This document shows, piece after piece, positions 59,736-64,000 of a DNA stretch of 64,000 nt. Under the pieces are notes generated by a model. The model had not been told where the DNA came from and ran no database searches. It saw nothing but the letters and a program-made list of their open reading frames with translations. Location: the IMG/VR virus record IMGVR_UViG_3300042987_002221, positions 1-64,000 of that record; one strand, written 5' to 3'. The position numbers were made by a program, and so were the translations under genes. The stretch comes from an uncultured virus (IMG/VR IMGVR_UViG_3300042987_002221). Lineage: Duplodnaviria; Heunggongvirae; Uroviricota; Caudoviricetes. Positions within the stretch are counted from its first letter, which is position 1. Every line of letters begins with the position of its first letter.

Positions 59736-61283
59736 ATGAGTGGAACATCTACTTTAGTAAAAACACCTTATACAAAAACAATATTCAAAACACAAAAAGA
59801 ATTGGATGATTTTGTAAAGTGTTGTGATCCAATAAATGGTTATCTATATTTTATGGATAACTTTTTCTATATACAACATCCTACACGAGGTAGCATGTTG
59901 TATCATCCGTGGCCTTACCAAGAGAGGCTTATAGAAACATATCACAAATATAGATTTAGCATTAGTTTGATGCCTCGTCAAAGCGGAAAGTCAACTAGTG
60001 CAGCTGGCTACTTACTGTGGTATGCAATGTTTGTGCCTGATTCAACAATATTAATTGCAGCACATAAGTATACTGGTGCTCAAGAAATAATGCAACGTAT
60101 CAGGTATGCATATGAAAATTGCCCTGATCATATCAAAGCAGGTGTTACCACTTATAACAAAGGGTCTCTTGATTTTGAGAATGGATCTCGTATAGTTTCA
60201 GCAACAACAACTGAAAATACAGGTCGTGGTATGGCTATTTCCTTATTATACTTGGACGAATTTGCATTCGTTAGACCTAGCATTGCTGAATTATTCTGGA
60301 CTTCTATTACACCTACTTTGGCAACAGGTGGTAAAGCAATAATCACAAGCACACCAAATAGTGATGAAGATCAATTTGCACTAATTTGGAAACAAGCAAA
60401 CAAATGTCAAGATGAATATGGTAACGAAACAGAATTAGGAATAAATGGTTTTAAAGCATATAAAGCACATTGGAGTGAACAACCAGGAAGAGATGATAAA
60501 TGGGCTAAAGAAATGGAAGCTCAACTTGGTACAGAACGCTTTAGACGAGAAATAGGATGTGAGTTCGTTATTGCAGAAGAAACATTGATATCACCAACTA
60601 CATTAGTTGATTTAAATGGTATAGAACCCGTCAGTAGAATGGGACAAGTTCGTTGGTATAAACGTCCAGAAAAGGGAAATATCTATACTGTGGCTTTAGA
60701 TCCTAGCTTAGGTACTGGATCAGACCCTGCAGCAATAGAAATCTATGAAGCAAACACCACTACACAAATTGGTGAATGGAAACATAATAAAACAGATATC
60801 CCAAATCAAATAAAATTACTAGCACAGATAAACAAATATATTGCAGAATGTACTAACGAACCAGACAGCATTTATTATTCAATTGAAAACAATAGTATAG
60901 GGGAAGCTGCGTTGATTTCATTAACCGAATACGGAGAATCAAACATTCCTGGTGTCTTTTTAAGTGAGCCGGGAAAAAAACGTAAGGGCTTCAATACAAC
61001 TCATAAAGTAAAATTAGCCGCTTGTGCTAAATTTAAAACATTAGTTGAAACAAAAAAACTAAAAATCAATAGTAAAAGTTTAATCAGTGAATGCAAAACT
61101 TTTGTGGCATTAGGTGGAAGTTATGAAGCAAAGACAGGTGAAACAGATGATTTAGTAATGGCATCACTATTATCAGTAAGAATGTTTCAGGTGTTGGGTG
61201 ATTATCATTACAATCTAGAAGAAAGAATTAGTGACCACGATGAGTTTATACAACCATTACCCTTCTTTGCAGTGCTAAATTGA
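59736..61283 (+). CDS. terL: Terminase large subunit (T4 gp17-like)
   Basis: YQERLI, Walker A PRQSGKST, Walker B LYLDEFAF, TSTPN, nuclease ALDPS and DDLVMA; ATG at 59736 follows AATAAATA (59723-59730). Confidence 0.93.
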   Translation: MSGTSTLVKTPYTKTIFKTQKELDDFVKCCDPINGYLYFMDNFFYIQHPTRGSMLYHPWPYQERLIETYHKYRFSISLMPRQSGKSTSAAGYLLWYAMFVPDSTILIAAHKYTGAQEIMQRIRYAYENCPDHIKAGVTTYNKGSLDFENGSRIVSATTTENTGRGMAISLLYLDEFAFVRPSIAELFWTSITPTLATGGKAIITSTPNSDEDQFALIWKQANKCQDEYGNETELGINGFKAYKAHWSEQPGRDDKWAKEMEAQLGTERFRREIGCEFVIAEETLISPTTLVDLNGIEPVSRMGQVRWYKRPEKGNIYTVALDPSLGTGSDPAAIEIYEANTTTQIGEWKHNKTDIPNQIKLLAQINKYIAECTNEPDSIYYSIENNSIGEAALISLTEYGESNIPGVFLSEPGKKRKGFNTTHKVKLAACAKFKTLVETKKLKINSKSLISECKTFVALGGSYEAKTGETDDLVMASLLSVRMFQVLGDYHYNLEERISDHDEFIQPLPFFAVLN

Positions 61284-61310
61284 TAAATAGATTTATTACT
61301 AAGAGATTTT

Positions 61311-64000
61311 ATGCCAAAAAACAATGAATCACTAAACAAAGAACTGTATAGTTTGCTAAAAACTAGAGGATTCGATCCTATTCCAAAAGATGCTACTGGA
61401 GAAACTAGTCCAGTGCCCGATGATGCAGATGTATTTAAATTCACCTTTAAACATGACAATCAAGTTAAAGGTACAGCATATGCAACTATTGACGGAAACA
61501 ACACATTAACAGTTTATTATGATGATGAGGTTGTTAGCGAAGAAGTAGGTGGAGTAGATGATGTAAATATGAGTTGGACCAACTTTTTAAAGTATCTAAA
61601 AATGTGGGCACAACGTAGACAAATGGGTTTTGATTTAGAAAACAAAGATCATTTACACAGTGATATGGCACAAAGAGATTATGTTAAGAAGCAAGAAGTT
61701 GCTGAAAGTAAAAAGAAATTGATGAACAAAGGAACAACCATGCCAAACATAAGTGAAGGCTATTATGCTATGGGGAAAAACAGTAGTTATAATGATAACA
61801 TTCCTACTGTAAAAATAATTTTACAACATTCAAGGCAAATCCAAGAAGGTGAACAACGTTATCGTAATGTTGCAAGAATTTATTTAGAGAATACCCAAGG
61901 TGAAAGATTTTTAGCACCCACTGTAAAGCCTGGCATTGCACAAGTATATGCTAGACATTTAGCAGAAGGCGGTAGTGTTAATGATGAACGTTGGAATCAC
62001 ATCAAATCATTATGTGAAGAATATAGCAAAATGGCAGGGTTTGTTCGTGCAGTTCGTGGAAATCAATTCAATGAATCAGCACAGAAGTTAGTAGAAGCAG
62101 GATTGAACCATTATGTTTCATTAAGAGAAACATTAGGTAAGATGCGTGGTAATCGTGGATACAATAGTTATTTTGAAAGTTGGACTCCTACATTAATGGA
62201 GACTGATGGTGATGAAACTTCCATCAATGAATTGTTTGTTCAAGAGACATTAGATCCAAGAATTGAAAGTGTAATGCCTATTCTTTCTAAATTGAGTAAA
62301 AATTTAAGTGAAGTAAAAGAAGTTAAAGAACTAGAAGAATGGGCTAATGGTTTACTTGAAGCACCAGGTGCAGAAACATTAGCACATAACCAATCTACAG
62401 CAAAGTCTAATTTAAAGTCATTTGATTTAGAAGAAGACAGTGTAAATGAAGGTTGGTTTGCTGACACATTAAAAAGTGTGGGGAAGGCTGTATTAGACAA
62501 GCTGGCCCCAAATGATAAACAATTATTACTAAAACTACAGAGAGATATGGGAGTTCCTACAACCGCTCAACATGGTAAACCATCAATGGCAAGAATGATG
62601 AGTGATGAAGAAGTTCAAAAATTAATTGCTGCGGCTAGAAAAGTCAATGCTGGCAGAAATTCTAGTTTATCTGAAGAAGAAGTTGAAGAAAGTGGACTGC
62701 AGGCGTATTTAGGAAACAAGAAATACGGCAAAGACGGCATGGATTCATTACGCAAAGCAGGTCGTGAAGGTGCGAGCAAAGAAAAGATGGCAAAGATTCG
62801 CGCCAAATATGATAAGTTAGATGAAGAAGGTTTGGGACCAGAACAAAAACGTGTTGGTCAACTTGGACCAACTGAAAAGGTTAAGAAAAATAGTGGTGCC
62901 AGAGGTAAACTAGTTGGTGCCAATGAAAGTGTAGAGCAAGGTGTGGCGGAAGGCTCGACTAATAAAACACTGTTTGTTATTTACTATAAAACAGGTAAGG
63001 GATTTGACGCTGGTACTGGAGATGTAGGAATACTTGCATCCAATGAACAAAAAGCAAAAGAAAAATTTGCAAAAAAATATCCTCACTTTATTGTGACTAA
63101 AATAGTAGAAGGTATGAAATATGTTCTTGTTGATTACCGTGGAAATTATTATAAAGGCATGGATAAGTTTGGTAGAAATCTTTCTACTAGAAATCCAGAA
63201 GAAGCCGAAATATTTAATTTAGAGCGTGACGCTAAAGATATAGCATTATGGACTAGAAATAGATTTAAGGCAATACCTTGGTCAGGTCAGCGAGGTGTGG
63301 CGGAAGGCTTGCCTGGTAGTCTAAGTGCTAGTGATTATATGCCGGGAGCAACTTTACCACACACTAACTGGAATTGTATTAAGTGTAGTGGTCATAAGTT
63401 TATGTACAGTTTAGATGGAAAATTAACTAAAGATAATAAAAAAGGTGCAATAAGAGTTAAATGCCCTGATTGTGGCGGTTCTGGGTTAAAGAAACCTGAC
63501 CCCGGTCACGATTATTTTGGTCGAAAGAAAGAGGAAGGTGTGGCGGAAGGCTCTGAGCAAGACCTAGTATATATTTCAAAAGACCGTGCCGAGGCTTTTG
63601 AAGAATGGATGAACAGTGAAGGTCTTGAAACTAATGTTCCTAAAAATGATTATGGAACATATATTGTTTATAATTATTCTAACGAAGATCCTACTTCAAA
63701 ATTATATGCCAGTGAATGGAATGAAAGAAGAGAAGGTGTGGCGGAAGGCACCGATGATCCTAACCCCTCAGCCGGTCCAGGATCTATATCACATTCAACA
63801 CCGGTAAGACGTAATGGCAAAGATGTTGGTGAATTATTTCAAACTAAATCAGGTAGTTGGGGATTCTTTATCAATACGTCAGCCAAAACTAAAGAAGGCT
63901 TTGAGAGCAAAGAAAAAGCACTGGAAGCGATGAAACAACATTTGGGGCAAGGTATGGCGGAAGGCATGGAACAAGAATGGGAAGTAAGTTTTGAACATGG
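61311..64000 (+). CDS. Large 3'-truncated putative head/internal polyprotein (>896 aa), absent from the ORF track
   Basis: Translated by hand from the ATG at 61311 (MPKNNESLNKELYSLL...) with no stop before the window end; GATAAATA at 61282-61289; many [ILVA]xE|(G/S) sites. Confidence 0.85.
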   Translation, partial: MPKNNESLNKELYSLLKTRGFDPIPKDATGETSPVPDDADVFKFTFKHDNQVKGTAYATIDGNNTLTVYYDDEVVSEEVGGVDDVNMSWTNFLKYLKMWAQRRQMGFDLENKDHLHSDMAQRDYVKKQEVAESKKKLMNKGTTMPNISEGYYAMGKNSSYNDNIPTVKIILQHSRQIQEGEQRYRNVARIYLENTQGERFLAPTVKPGIAQVYARHLAEGGSVNDERWNHIKSLCEEYSKMAGFVRAVRGNQFNESAQKLVEAGLNHYVSLRETLGKMRGNRGYNSYFESWTPTLMETDGDETSINELFVQETLDPRIESVMPILSKLSKNLSEVKEVKELEEWANGLLEAPGAETLAHNQSTAKSNLKSFDLEEDSVNEGWFADTLKSVGKAVLDKLAPNDKQLLLKLQRDMGVPTTAQHGKPSMARMMSDEEVQKLIAAARKVNAGRNSSLSEEEVEESGLQAYLGNKKYGKDGMDSLRKAGREGASKEKMAKIRAKYDKLDEEGLGPEQKRVGQLGPTEKVKKNSGARGKLVGANESVEQGVAEGSTNKTLFVIYYKTGKGFDAGTGDVGILASNEQKAKEKFAKKYPHFIVTKIVEGMKYVLVDYRGNYYKGMDKFGRNLSTRNPEEAEIFNLERDAKDIALWTRNRFKAIPWSGQRGVAEGLPGSLSASDYMPGATLPHTNWNCIKCSGHKFMYSLDGKLTKDNKKGAIRVKCPDCGGSGLKKPDPGHDYFGRKKEEGVAEGSEQDLVYISKDRAEAFEEWMNSEGLETNVPKNDYGTYIVYNYSNEDPTSKLYASEWNERREGVAEGTDDPNPSAGPGSISHSTPVRRNGKDVGELFQTKSGSWGFFINTSAKTKEGFESKEKALEAMKQHLGQGMAEGMEQEWEVSFEH
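62937..63965 (+). repeat. Five in-frame dispersed direct repeats AGGT(G/A)TGGCGGAAGGC encoding (Q/R/E)-G-(V/M)-A-E-G
   Basis: 18-nt codon-aligned copies start at 62937, 63291, 63534, 63732 and 63948; periods of 354, 243, 198 and 216 nt are all multiples of 3. Confidence 0.92.

Noticed and set aside
59736..61283. Intein or intron in terminase (thyA also checked)
   Set aside because: Both genes have ordinary lengths and continuous motifs, with no splicing or homing-endonuclease signatures.
61208..63807. Short track ORFs at 61208-61459, 62240-62500, 62615-62806, 62662-62871 and 63616-63807
   Set aside because: They overlap the long open plus-strand frame starting at 61311 and are shadows or off-frame fragments.
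62937..63965. GVAEG repeats as a CRISPR array
   Set aside because: Repeats are only about 16 nt, spacers are 180-336 nt and variable, everything is in frame within one ORF, and no cas genes are present.
1..64000. Alternative genetic code (stop-codon reassignment)
   Set aside because: Genes are long and tightly packed in the standard code, and TAA, TAG and TGA all end genes at sensible boundaries.

Overview
AT-rich segment of a large T4-like (probably jumbo) tailed phage genome read in the standard genetic code. The host is probably Gram-negative, given the two-component spanin, the outer-membrane beta-barrel and several signal-peptide proteins. Layout: (1) 1-11.6 kb, a giant 5'-truncated virion protein and tail/fibre genes; (2) 11.6-15.4 kb, glycosyltransferase-like genes; (3) 15.4-19.1 kb, accessory genes (ART-like, papain-like protease, kinase-like, OMP); (4) 19.2-33.4 kb, a minus-strand glycan/sulfation/methylation cluster; (5) 33.4-47.0 kb, two giant RCC1-repeat genes and a tail-assembly chaperone; (6) 47-54 kb, a YafQ-like toxin pair, a sigma70-driven metallopeptidase/MoxR/vWA module, folA and thyA; (7) 54-64 kb, spanins, structural genes, terminase large subunit and a 3'-truncated ORF (61311->64000) missing from the ORF track. 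Two observations stand out. First, the RCC1 repeats parse exactly as 7-bladed propellers inserted recursively into loops of other propellers (3 in one gene; 9 in the other, up to 6 levels deep). Second, the last ORF carries an in-frame array of unrelated modules separated by a conserved 16-nt DNA repeat encoding G-V-A-E-G, a probable prohead-protease site. All calls come from reading motifs by eye; no database searches were run.
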